Positions 1 through 7,922 of a DNA stretch of 64,000 bases are shown piece after piece (position 1 is the first letter of the stretch; each line of letters begins with the position of its first letter). A model generated the notes under the pieces. The model ran no database searches. It was not told the DNA's origin and saw nothing but the letters and a program-made list of their open reading frames with translations. The stretch spans positions 2,251-66,250 of the forward strand of contig CAYRYE010000002.1 of the NCBI GenBank assembly GCA_964428655.1, in the 5' to 3' direction. Origin of the DNA: an uncultured Gammaproteobacteria bacterium. Its GTDB lineage: Bacteria > Patescibacteriota > Microgenomatia > UBA12405 > JAHJSD01. The position numbers were made by a program, and so were the translations under genes.

Positions 1-459
1 ATCCTTAACGGAGGAGCAGTAACTGGAGGAGTGGGAGATGGTTTCGGGACCTGCGGTGCAGCCATCGTCGCGCCTCTTTCTTTTGCGCCAGAAGCACAAA
101 GAAGGCTTAAACTAAGTAAGCTTAAAGTAGTTCCTATTCCTCTTTTATTTGCCATTATTCCAACAACATCTTATAATAATCCCTATAGTTTGTCAACTAT
201 GGGTTGTTTTGTTATTAAATTCTGCTGGCTGCAATTTTGTAAACTTCTTAGAGTTAATAGGGGAGAAGGGAAGAGCTTTTTTGGGGGAACAATGAATTTT
301 AGGAAAAGAAAAGCTAGGGGACAGATACAATCATTACTAATATGAGATTGTTCAGATTGAAATCTCATTAGCCTTTAATTTCATACTACAATATCCTTTA
401 GATTTGTCAAGAAGGAAAAATGGGTGGAAAAAATAAAGGGGGTTTTTGGGCTAAGAAGT

Positions 460-744
460 CTAATTTCTAAGCATGTCTATTCCTGGATTCTCAATAGCAT
501 AGTCTACTTTTCCATTATCAAAGTGCCGCTCCTCAATCAGTCCTTTTTCTACCATGTAGAATAAATAAGTCCTTAATTTATCGAAGATTCCCTTTTTATC
601 TAAATTGAGGCTTAATTTTTCTGCAATGCCAAGATAACTCGTTTCCTTAAGCGGTCCACCTTCCCCGTATTCATCAAGAATCTCAAGGATTTTCCTGACT
701 AAGTCCTCGTCTAGAGGAATGCTTTTTATTTTTATTTTATCCAT
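460..744 (-). CDS. hypothetical small protein (94 aa)
   Basis: Intact ORF with K/E/L-rich composition typical of this genome. No recognisable motif. Weak RBS. Confidence 0.3.
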   Translation of the reverse strand: MDKIKIKSIPLDEDLVRKILEILDEYGEGGPLKETSYLGIAEKLSLNLDKKGIFDKLRTYLFYMVEKGLIEERHFDNGKVDYAIENPGIDMLRN

Positions 745-845
745 TGTTTTTATTTAATTAATAATACCAGTTTCGTGTTGCCAGAGAGAGAAGGAAGAAG
801 TAAGAAAAGGGTTTGTGTTGCTTGAGTTTTGGAACTCACCCTAAT

Positions 846-1140
846 CTAGACTTCTCGCCTTCCCTCTCCTTGCAGTGATGTTGCGATGTGCCTACTACCG
901 GCCTCCTGGAATGTGCACGCGCCTAACACGCGAAACCCTGCCGCCCGGTTCGTGCCGGTAGAGATCAGCGTCAGTGTGCCGCCCATGTCTTCGGCTTGTG
1001 TGTGGATGCTGAGGATCCCATACGGTAGCTTCTTCACGCGGCCTTGTATGGTTACGAACAAGGGTTCGCTGCTCACCAGCCTGTCCACCACTTGCTCTTC
1101 CTTGCTGGTCCACAGAAAGACTCCTTTCTCCCGCTAACGG
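846..1140. other. GC-rich island (about 58% GC against about 38% background) with overlapping spurious ORFs on both strands
   Basis: Sharp compositional break visible in the sequence. Overlaps the 5' end of the HuH transposase-like ORF. No RNase P, tmRNA or SRP consensus found by eye. Confidence 0.4.
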
Positions 1141-1631
1141 GAAATTGTTGGCTCTACCGCTATGTCAATTACATTGTGCTGGAGCAATCCAATACTATGT
1201 CACTAAAAGTATACCATAAAAAGGAGTTTCCACCTTTCAGGCGTTTTCATGTTTTCACCTTTCAGGTACTTTACCCACTACAAAATAGCTATACCAAATA
1301 TTTCAATTTCAAAAGAAAAAGAATTGGATCTCTGTTTCAGGGAATATTTAAAGCCATCAGAGTGGAAACAGATGAACAATTAATCCATCTCTCAAGATAT
1401 ATTCACCTTAATCCCTATTCATCATATATAGTAAAATCAATTAAAGACTTAAAAACCTATCCTTGGTCATCTTTACCTGATTACTTAGGAAAACAAAAGT
1501 ACCCTTTTCTTAAAAAGAAATTTATTCTTGATTTTTTCAAGAGCAAAAGGGATTACCAAGAGTTTGTTTTTAATCAGGCTGATTACCAGAAAGAGTTGGA
1601 AAAAATCAAGCATCTAACCTGGGAAGACTAA
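1044..1631 (+). CDS. IS200/IS605-like (COG1943 / REP-associated tyrosine transposase-like) HuH transposase homolog, probably degenerate
   Basis: C-terminal 'LFQGIFKAIRVE...RYIHLNPYSSYIV...YPWSS' matches the RAYT/IS200 family signature (YIHxNP...WxWSS). N-terminal 'PVHHLLF' region present. The HuH position reads 'FHVFTF', i.e. the second His is replaced by Phe. The 5' 150 nt are GC-rich, unlike the 3' part. Confidence 0.5.
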   Translation: MYGYEQGFAAHQPVHHLLFLAGPQKDSFLPLTGNCWLYRYVNYIVLEQSNTMSLKVYHKKEFPPFRRFHVFTFQVLYPLQNSYTKYFNFKRKRIGSLFQGIFKAIRVETDEQLIHLSRYIHLNPYSSYIVKSIKDLKTYPWSSLPDYLGKQKYPFLKKKFILDFFKSKRDYQEFVFNQADYQKELEKIKHLTWED

Positions 1632-1640
1632 TTGTCCCAG

Positions 1641-1660
1641 GGTGCAGCAGCTGTTGCACC
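1641..1660. repeat. near-perfect 20-nt palindrome (GGTGCAGCAGCTGTTGCACC) 10 nt after the transposase stop
   Basis: Reverse complement differs at 2 positions. Could be a terminator or an IS200/RAYT-type hairpin substrate. Confidence 0.5.
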
Positions 1661-1736
1661 TGAAAGGTGCTATAGACATAGACAAGAAAACGGGATGTGC
1701 CTGTAAAGCCGGCGATGATAATCCTTATTAAAAGTA

Positions 1737-2264
1737 GTGTATGAAAATATGAACAATAATATTCGACTCTACATGAGTCTAGAGGGTTTTGTGCTAAATT
1801 CAATTATTAAACAAAAGAAAATAGATCTTTTTAAGAAGGCCCTTAGTTTAGAAGTAATCCCCAAAAAAGGAAATTTCACCAAATATGTCCGTCATGTAAC
1901 CAGTAATAAAGACCTTCTCATTGCGGAATACAAATACGTTAAAAATATTCTTAAAAATGGTAATTCGTGGGGCGAAATCTTAGTTATCAAAAACAAAGAT
2001 AATCAAATTGTTGGCAGTTTCGGCCCAAACAGGATCGGGAAAGAAGATGGTAAAAAAAGAGCAATGCCAGGTTATTTTTTTGTTCTTCCGGAATGGAGAA
2101 ATCTTGGAATAGGGACTGTTCTTTGGAATATAGGAATTGAAAGAATGAAGAAAAAAGGAGCTGATTTTATTATCTGCGCGGTAGAATCAACTAATACTCT
2201 TGCTCTTAAGATATATACACAAATGGGTATGAAACAAATGACTAACGAAACTTATGAAAACTGA
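1737..2264 (+). CDS. GNAT-family N-acetyltransferase
   Basis: Acetyl-CoA binding motif 'RNLGIGTVLWNIGIERMKKKGADFI' (GNAT motif A). Confidence 0.6.
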   Translation: MYENMNNNIRLYMSLEGFVLNSIIKQKKIDLFKKALSLEVIPKKGNFTKYVRHVTSNKDLLIAEYKYVKNILKNGNSWGEILVIKNKDNQIVGSFGPNRIGKEDGKKRAMPGYFFVLPEWRNLGIGTVLWNIGIERMKKKGADFIICAVESTNTLALKIYTQMGMKQMTNETYEN

Positions 2265-2276
2265 GAGCGTGGAGTT

Positions 2277-2792
2277 TCAGTAATTTCTCGGAATAATGGT
2301 GGTTCTGAATTGGACTGAACTCGCTTGTTCTGCTTCTCCTTGACTCAGGCCGAAATTAATTGTTACTTTCGGAGTCTCTCCTGGATTAAAACTGCAAAGC
2401 GCAAATTCACTGCAATCAATGTCAACATTTTGAACCAGTATTGCCGGATTAGCGCTATCAGAGGCTATTTGGCTTGCACTACAAGTAAAGGTAGTCCACA
2501 AACCATCTCTACTTCTAATAGAAATGCTCCCCATGACAAGACCATCACAAATATCTCCAATGGTCTCTATCCCATTCGGATCTCCTATTTCCTCGGCGCC
2601 GCGAATCTTCCTCTCCACCACCCCTATGGCAAATGTGCCTTTTTGCTTTAATGTTTTGATTATTTTGGACTTAGTACTGCTCCTTACAACAACTAAGAAA
2701 ATACTGGCTGTTATCACTCCAATAATTCCCAAGATGGCAGTGGCTACCATTAATTCGATAATGGTAAAACCCTTATTATTAGCGGTCAACAT
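2277..2792 (-). CDS. type IV pilin-like / pseudopilin protein
   Basis: Prepilin N-terminus 'NNKGFTIIELMVATAILGIIG'. Start placed at the internal Met to avoid an 86-nt overlap. Cys-containing C-terminal domain. Confidence 0.55.
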   Translation of the reverse strand: MLTANNKGFTIIELMVATAILGIIGVITASIFLVVVRSSTKSKIIKTLKQKGTFAIGVVERKIRGAEEIGDPNGIETIGDICDGLVMGSISIRSRDGLWTTFTCSASQIASDSANPAILVQNVDIDCSEFALCSFNPGETPKVTINFGLSQGEAEQASSVQFRTTIIPRNY

Positions 2793-3216
2793 CCCAATCA
2801 GTGAAATAACTAGTAACCTCAAACTCTCTTTCCTGACTGCCATCATTCCAGGTAACTGTGACAAGTATCTCTACTTTTCTTGTTGAAGGAGTAGTGCTTC
2901 CATCCAACTCATAGTTTTGAAAGCTAAAAACGCGCTGGATTAAACCAAAATCGCTCATGTCCTCGGGGCTACTGATATATCCATCTTCTGCCCAAGTCCA
3001 GAAATCATCCAACTCATTCCTTTTCATGGCTTTTAAATCTTCCATTTTCTCCTGGGTTAGTTTGACTGCTACTGATCTTAATTTGGCCCCTCGAGCAATA
3101 CGATTGAAATAGATAACCGCAAAAACAAAACCGGATAAAATTAATCCGGTGATGCCAATAACAAAAACTACTTCAATCAAGGTTTGCCCCCTGCTAGCTA
3201 TATCCTTCATAATCAC
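2779..3216 (-). CDS. minor pseudopilin-like protein
   Basis: N-terminal 'RGQTLIEVVFVIGITGLIL' hydrophobic prepilin-like segment (GspJ/PilV-like). Confidence 0.5.
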   Translation of the reverse strand: MIMKDIASRGQTLIEVVFVIGITGLILSGFVFAVIYFNRIARGAKLRSVAVKLTQEKMEDLKAMKRNELDDFWTWAEDGYISSPEDMSDFGLIQRVFSFQNYELDGSTTPSTRKVEILVTVTWNDGSQEREFEVTSYFTDWDVDR

Positions 3217-3218
3217 AC

Positions 3219-3686
3219 TCAGGACAATTCTATCTCCCCTGATTCGGAAATATCAATCTGTTTTGTTTTATTATTATAAGTCACAGTGATTGATTCTACC
3301 TCATCCACCACTCCCGATAAGCTTTGAAACTTAAAGCTGGCAATCCCGCATTGAGCAAGGGAATCTAACTCTATTGTCTCGGGACTAATACTCACTTCAC
3401 TCCCTGTTCCATCACGACAATTGGCAGTGACAACAAGATCGCAGTCGGCGGCAACATCAATTTGGTAATTACTGAAAAACAAACACTCAGGGTTAACTGG
3501 TTTTTCTCCGTTGATCGCTTTAAACCTAATCAACCGAAACTGAGAAACCAATTCCAGGCCCACTGATTCTACAACTTTTTTTTCGCGATAATTAGTCCAG
3601 CTCGCCAAACTAAAACTGGTCATAATTCCCATAATAGTAACCACAACCATTAACTCAACTAAAGTGAAGCCGTTCTTCTTCATCAA
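3219..3686 (-). CDS. type IV pilin-like protein
   Basis: 'MMKKNGFTLVELMVVVTIMGIM' class III signal peptide (G|FTLxE). Confidence 0.7.
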   Translation of the reverse strand: MMKKNGFTLVELMVVVTIMGIMTSFSLASWTNYREKKVVESVGLELVSQFRLIRFKAINGEKPVNPECLFFSNYQIDVAADCDLVVTANCRDGTGSEVSISPETIELDSLAQCGIASFKFQSLSGVVDEVESITVTYNNKTKQIDISESGEIELS

Positions 3687-4084
3687 GGATTAGTCACTTG
3701 ATAATTACAATTCCCAGGAGCAGTTCCACAATTGCTTCCACAATCGTCGGTTCCACCCGCATCAAGATAAGCGCAGAGAACATAAGAATAACCAGTAGCA
3801 GAATTGTAATAATAAGAATAGCCTTTTGGATCTTGAAGCGTTGTTGTAAGATAATCACCGGCACTTAAAGTGGGAACTAAATTGTCCCAATTTACTGCCG
3901 GGTAAGTCGCGTTATCGGACCGATGCATCTCCAAAGCTGCCCGAACTTGTTCCAAATCAGATTTTCTTTTTGAGTCGCGTCCTTTTTCTCGAGCGGCTCG
4001 ATAGCTGGTTACTCCAATTGCAGAAAGAAGAATAACAATAGAAATAGCTACCAATAGTTCGATTAGTGTAAATCCTTTTTTCAT
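3683..4084 (-). CDS. type IV pilin-like protein with Cys-rich C-terminus
   Basis: 'MKKGFTLIELLVAISIV'. C-terminal 'DDCGSNCGTAPGNCNY'. ATGA overlap with the downstream gene. Confidence 0.7.
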   Translation of the reverse strand: MKKGFTLIELLVAISIVILLSAIGVTSYRAAREKGRDSKRKSDLEQVRAALEMHRSDNATYPAVNWDNLVPTLSAGDYLTTTLQDPKGYSYYYNSATGYSYVLCAYLDAGGTDDCGSNCGTAPGNCNYQVTNP

Positions 4085-4536
4085 TGTAAATGTTTAATAC
4101 AAAATTTATCTGTTCCCGCGCTAAAACTACAACTGTCACCTCCACAAGTACACCCGCCGCAATTACCACCAGTAGTATCATCTAAACCAGCAAAAAAACA
4201 ATAATAGTCAGCCGAGCAATTAGTCATATCGTAACTCCCTGAAGAAGTCGGATCGCTGGGCACTTTTTCTAAAAGCGTATAGCCTCCTGTAGCAAAGGTG
4301 CTTCCGCTTGACGGACAACTTGCTCCCGAAGGATAGCTTTCCGCGATTGTCAAGTACTGCTCCATTGCTTGCTGAATACTTAAAAGGTCATCTCGACGGC
4401 GAGCATCACGAGCTCGTCTCTTTCCCCCCTGATACGAAATAATTCCTATAATCATAAGAACGCCAATTATTGAGGCTGTTACCAGGAGTTCAATAAGTGT
4501 AAAACCTCCGAGTCGGAGGTCAAACTCTTTTTTCAT
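4081..4536 (-). CDS. type IV pilin-like protein with Cys-rich C-terminus
   Basis: 'GGFTLIELLVTASIIGVLM'. C-terminal 'GGNCGGCTCGGDSCSFSAG'. Confidence 0.7.
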   Translation of the reverse strand: MKKEFDLRLGGFTLIELLVTASIIGVLMIIGIISYQGGKRRARDARRRDDLLSIQQAMEQYLTIAESYPSGASCPSSGSTFATGGYTLLEKVPSDPTSSGSYDMTNCSADYYCFFAGLDDTTGGNCGGCTCGGDSCSFSAGTDKFCIKHLQ

Positions 4537-4551
4537 TATTTGTATTTATCC

Positions 4552-4989
4552 TTACTGTTGACTGGGCATACAATAATAAGTCCCATCATTAGCCCAGGGA
4601 TCACAATCACTATCACTCGCATTACCGCCACTACCTTGCTCTAAAAGTGCGCAAACACAATAACTGGCGGCGCTACAGTTGCCGTCATTCACATAATAGC
4701 TGTAATCGGCTTCACCTCTATTTCTCCCTCTCGGATCAGTGGGCGGCCAAGCTCCTTGCCAAACTGTCGCTGCCATTGTGTCACAACTGGCATAAGCATC
4801 ATTAACAGCATAATATTGCTCAAAAGAGTCACTAATTGCTTTAATATCTGATTTAGCTCGGCTATCACGGGCTTTTTTTTGAGCATTAGAATAAGAAACA
4901 ACACCAAGAGCTACTAAAATTCCAATAATTGAAATTACTACTAAAAGTTCAAAAAGCGTAAAGCCCAAATTTGATTTTTGATTTTTCAT
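4552..4989 (-). CDS. type IV pilin-like protein with Cys-rich C-terminus
   Basis: 'MKNQKSNLGFTLFELLVVISIIGIL'. Start at the internal Met gives a 1-nt TGATG overlap with the upstream gene. The 5' end carries 2 copies of the AAAAATC heptamer. Confidence 0.7.
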   Translation of the reverse strand: MKNQKSNLGFTLFELLVVISIIGILVALGVVSYSNAQKKARDSRAKSDIKAISDSFEQYYAVNDAYASCDTMAATVWQGAWPPTDPRGRNRGEADYSYYVNDGNCSAASYCVCALLEQGSGGNASDSDCDPWANDGTYYCMPSQQ

Positions 4990-5414
4990 CACTCTCCACA
5001 AGCATAATAACAATTAACAGTACAATCGCAAACACAAATGGTGCCGCAGCGACTTAGTGACGCGCTTATTTCCTGATCGCCAGCATTTTCCAGCGAGGCA
5101 CAAACAAGAAAGTTGTCACCATCAGCCCCAACACAATAATTATATTCTCGACCGTCAACTGAATCCTGAGGAACCTGCTGCATATAGGGAGACCAAGAGC
5201 TGCCAAAAGAAAAAGTCCCCGCCAAAGGATAGGATTGATTATCATTATAGTAAAGTCTTAGGGCGCTCCTTACTTCATTCAAATCACTTTTCCTTCGAGA
5301 ATCCCTAGCTCTTTCTCGAGAGCTGACAAAATTTGGCAAAATCACACCAGCCAAAATGCCAATGATAAAAATGACTACCAGTAATTCAATTAAGGTAAAG
5401 CCCTTATTGTTCAT
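4989..5414 (-). CDS. type IV pilin-like protein with Cys-rich C-terminus
   Basis: 'MNNKGFTLIELLVVIFIIGILAG'. C-terminal 'CGTICVCDCTVNCYYACGE'. Confidence 0.7.
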   Translation of the reverse strand: MNNKGFTLIELLVVIFIIGILAGVILPNFVSSRERARDSRRKSDLNEVRSALRLYYNDNQSYPLAGTFSFGSSWSPYMQQVPQDSVDGREYNYCVGADGDNFLVCASLENAGDQEISASLSRCGTICVCDCTVNCYYACGE

Positions 5415-5893
5415 GGATTGGGTGTTGGTCTAATATTAGAACTGCTCATTACGTAACAATAACTGCCGCCATAACAGGTATATAAATCTTGGCAGTCAGG
5501 ATCTTGGTCATTTTCCAGAGCAGCGAATAAATAAAAATAACTGCCGTCACCGTTATAACAATATTGACCATCAGATGATGGATCTTTAGGCAGCACTTTC
5601 ATGTAGATAGCATTATTAGTGGAAAACTCTGTCCCCCAATCAAGACCCACTCCATCTACTTCAATTATTCCTGTGTCGACGGAGGGAGGATAGGCCTCAT
5701 GATCGTTATAATACATCTCTACAGCCCGGGTCACATTACCTAAATCAGCTTTTCTTTGGGCGTCACGAGCTTTCACCTGGCTGGTCCGGTACTGACCAAA
5801 CCCAACTGTGGCCAAAATCCCCAAAATAGCCATCACTACCAATAATTCTAATAGGGTAAAACCCTCCCTGAGTTTTGACATCTTTATCCGCAT
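5411..5893 (-). CDS. type IV pilin-like protein
   Basis: 'LREGFTLLELLVVMAILGILA'. C-terminal Cys pairs. Confidence 0.7.
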   Translation of the reverse strand: MRIKMSKLREGFTLLELLVVMAILGILATVGFGQYRTSQVKARDAQRKADLGNVTRAVEMYYNDHEAYPPSVDTGIIEVDGVGLDWGTEFSTNNAIYMKVLPKDPSSDGQYCYNGDGSYFYLFAALENDQDPDCQDLYTCYGGSYCYVMSSSNIRPTPNP

Positions 5894-6516
5894 GTTTCAT
5901 CCGGACAACAATAATAATCGTTTGGGCCTTGAAATATCCTTTCACCCTGAAAACAACTACACACGCCGCAATCACCCACCATGTCATAAGGATTCGGACA
6001 ACTGGCTGTATGAGGCGCCGGTTCTCTGGTTGTTGGACAAATAAAAGTAGTGGCTGGAACATCGCCAACAGCCACATTGGGGCTGGAAACACCGTAATTC
6101 ACTTCTTCTCCATCAATCGTCTCCCCCTCTTCCAGACCTAATCTCGAAATAGCTGGATCATCCTCATTTTCCAAAAAAGTATAAGCCTTATACCAAACAT
6201 AACAAGAACCTTCAATGTAAGTACCCACAAGACCTTTATAGGATTGATTAGTTGCCGGATCACAAGGAACTTTCTTCAAGTAAGGATCCAAATCATCGCT
6301 GCCGCAATTTTCAAGGATGGCAATGTCTGGATAACAGCCGTTGTCATTATAATAATCTTCAAAAGCAACTCTAATTCTTTCTAAATCATCCTTTCTTTTG
6401 GCATCCCTGCCTTTATTTAGCTGCCCCCGCAGTCCAAAATAAATTAAAAGAAGGGCTAAAATAATCGTTATAACAATCAGAATCTCTATTAAACTCACAC
6501 CCTTATTTTTATTCAT
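5884..6516 (-). CDS. type IV pilin-like protein with Cys-rich C-terminus
   Basis: 'MNKNKGVSLIEILIVITIIL'. Start at 6516 gives an ATGA overlap with the pilD stop. C-terminal 'CPNPYDMVGDCGVCSCF...YYCCPDETCG'. Confidence 0.65.
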   Translation of the reverse strand: MNKNKGVSLIEILIVITIILALLLIYFGLRGQLNKGRDAKRKDDLERIRVAFEDYYNDNGCYPDIAILENCGSDDLDPYLKKVPCDPATNQSYKGLVGTYIEGSCYVWYKAYTFLENEDDPAISRLGLEEGETIDGEEVNYGVSSPNVAVGDVPATTFICPTTREPAPHTASCPNPYDMVGDCGVCSCFQGERIFQGPNDYYCCPDETCG

Positions 6517-7349
6517 TTGAAAATTGAGAATTGAAAATTGAAAATTTCCAGCATCTTTTCTCCCCAAAACCAACTAACAAAAGTCGCTAAAACTAAAAAC
6601 GGACCAAAGGCGATTTGCTGGCCAAATTTCTTTTTTTTCAACAAAATCAGTATGACACCCAAAACAGCCCCAGTCAAGAAAGCAAGATAAAAGCCCAAAA
6701 CAGCTTTGGGAAATCCTAAGAAAAACCCTATGAAAAAGGAAAACTTGACATCCCCTAATCCCATACCTCGACCCCTAGTAATTAAATGTAAAAAAAGAAA
6801 AAAAGCGGCCGATACCAAGCCGGTTAACAAATAATTTCCCCAAATTCCTCCGAGGTGAAGAAAAAAAGTCAAAACGATTAACCCTCCCACTGCCCAATCA
6901 GGAATAATTTGGTAATGGAGATCAAAAAGAAAAACAGCAATCAAGATAGTAGATAATAGATAGTAGATAATAGATAATAAAATATTGGTGGATGAAATGG
7001 CAAATTTCCACGTTAATAAATAAACAACTCCCGTTCCCAACTCCACCAGCAAATACTCCCAGGGGATAGGGGAATGACAAGTGCGGCAACGACCGCGAAG
7101 CAACAAGAAAGAAACAATCGGAATGTTTTCCCACCATTTCAATTGCTGACCGCAATGGTCACACAGTGATCTCCCCCTTAGCCAATCTAATTTTTTTTGA
7201 CTCTTTTTATCACCTTGCCCTGAACCGCGCTTCAGGGACCGCCAAACCACAACATTCAAAAAGCTGCCCACCGCAGTACCTAAACCAAAGACTAAAGCCC
7301 TAAATAAAAGTACCATCTCTAAAACAACTCGGGCACACAAATCATACAC
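6513..7349 (-). CDS. pilD: prepilin peptidase (A24 family, PilD-like)
   Basis: N-terminal Zn knuckle 'CDHCGQQL...CRTCHSPI'. Catalytic-Asp motif 'GMGLGDVKF'. Multi-TM protein. Contains an internal 14-nt tandem duplication at 6944-6971. Confidence 0.8.
   Translation of the reverse strand: MYDLCARVVLEMVLLFRALVFGLGTAVGSFLNVVVWRSLKRGSGQGDKKSQKKLDWLRGRSLCDHCGQQLKWWENIPIVSFLLLRGRCRTCHSPIPWEYLLVELGTGVVYLLTWKFAISSTNILLSIIYYLLSTILIAVFLFDLHYQIIPDWAVGGLIVLTFFLHLGGIWGNYLLTGLVSAAFFLFLHLITRGRGMGLGDVKFSFFIGFFLGFPKAVLGFYLAFLTGAVLGVILILLKKKKFGQQIAFGPFLVLATFVSWFWGEKMLEIFNFQFSIFK
6517..6544 (-). repeat. heptanucleotide tandem repeat (TTGAAAA/TTGAGAA)x4 in the last codons of pilD, abutting the start of the next pilin
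   Basis: Direct reading. Encodes '...FNFQFSIFK*' of PilD. Confidence 0.75.
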
Positions 7350-7900
7350 CGCCCCTCAGTAAACGGAGGAGGACAAGCTATCGGGGGGTTATTGTAACCA
7401 CCACCAGCATCTTTCGCTTCAGCACTTCCAGTGGCCACCTTATTAGTATTAGCTTTGGGTTCGTAACAAACATAAGTTGACTGCTCCGTACTATTATAAA
7501 TAACGTGTAGCCTATCAATATCGTCCGATCCACTGGCAAATTGTTCTTTTTTTCTAAAGGACGATTTTAATTCTCCGGTCGTTATTAATTCTCCACTGGT
7601 TGCACAAGTAGCATCACCGCAGACACCGGAAAGAACCGCCTCGCCCACATCATCATAATCTTCAGTTCCATCTCCCCAGGAATAGTCCTGGTTAGAAGCG
7701 TAATATCTTTCAACCGCCGCTAATAATTCAGCCGCGTCGTTTTTAAATCTGGAATCTCTAGCCTTATTAATTTGCTCAATTGGATTCAAAGTAGCTATTA
7801 AGGCTGCTGCCAAAATACCAATCAGGGCAATAACAATCAATAACTCAACTAATGTGAAACCTGATTTTTGATTTTTGATTTTTGATTTTTGATTTTTCAT
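7319..7900 (-). CDS. type IV pilin-like protein (possible major pilin)
   Basis: 'KSGFTLVELLIVIALIGILAAA'. Strong RBS AGGAGGTG 5 nt upstream of the ATG at 7900. Five AAATCAA heptamer repeats immediately after the ATG. Confidence 0.7.
   Translation of the reverse strand: MKNQKSKIKNQKSGFTLVELLIVIALIGILAAALIATLNPIEQINKARDSRFKNDAAELLAAVERYYASNQDYSWGDGTEDYDDVGEAVLSGVCGDATCATSGELITTGELKSSFRKKEQFASGSDDIDRLHVIYNSTEQSTYVCYEPKANTNKVATGSAEAKDAGGGYNNPPIACPPPFTEGRCMICVPELF
7861..7897 (-). repeat. perfect heptanucleotide tandem repeat (TTGATTT)x5 on the plus strand, (AAATCAA)n in the coding frame of the pilin
   Basis: Direct reading of the sequence. The repeats lie at codons 2-13 of the pilin gene. The unit length is not a multiple of 3. 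Confidence 0.85.
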
Positions 7901-7922
7901 ATTCACCTCCTTTCAAAGTTAA

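Noticed and set aside
31-345. ORF 31-345 (+) and antisense ORF 183-368 (-) at the window edge
   Set aside because: The frame runs in from upstream of the window, but the C-terminal half is low-complexity and hydrophobic with no recognisable domain. The antisense ORF is shadow noise. Cannot be supported as a gene from this fragment alone.
886-1137. Overlapping ORFs 886-1137 (+), 846-1091 (-) and 895-1113 (-)
   Set aside because: Mutually overlapping frames in high-GC DNA, with low-complexity or Arg/Pro/Ser-rich junk composition. Expected by chance where stop codons are rare.
846-1140. GC-rich segment considered as RNase P RNA, tmRNA, SRP RNA or a group I/II intron
   Set aside because: No P4 'GGAAAGTCCGG' / 'ACAGAACCCGGCTTA', no tmRNA tRNA-like ends, and no SRP domain-IV 'GGAAGCAGCC' motif could be found on either strand by eye. 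Left as an unexplained GC island.
2325-2886. Plus-strand ORFs 2325-2651 and 2524-2886, 4689-4907, 5057-5308, 5808-6141 and similar antisense ORFs inside the pilin operon
   Set aside because: All lie antisense to strongly supported pilin / PilD genes, have hydrophobic low-complexity translations, and lack RBSs. These are shadow ORFs.
7861-7897. Short direct repeats considered as CRISPR
   Set aside because: Units are 7 nt, strictly tandem with no spacers, and lie inside coding sequence. This is a microsatellite, not a CRISPR array. No cas genes in the window.
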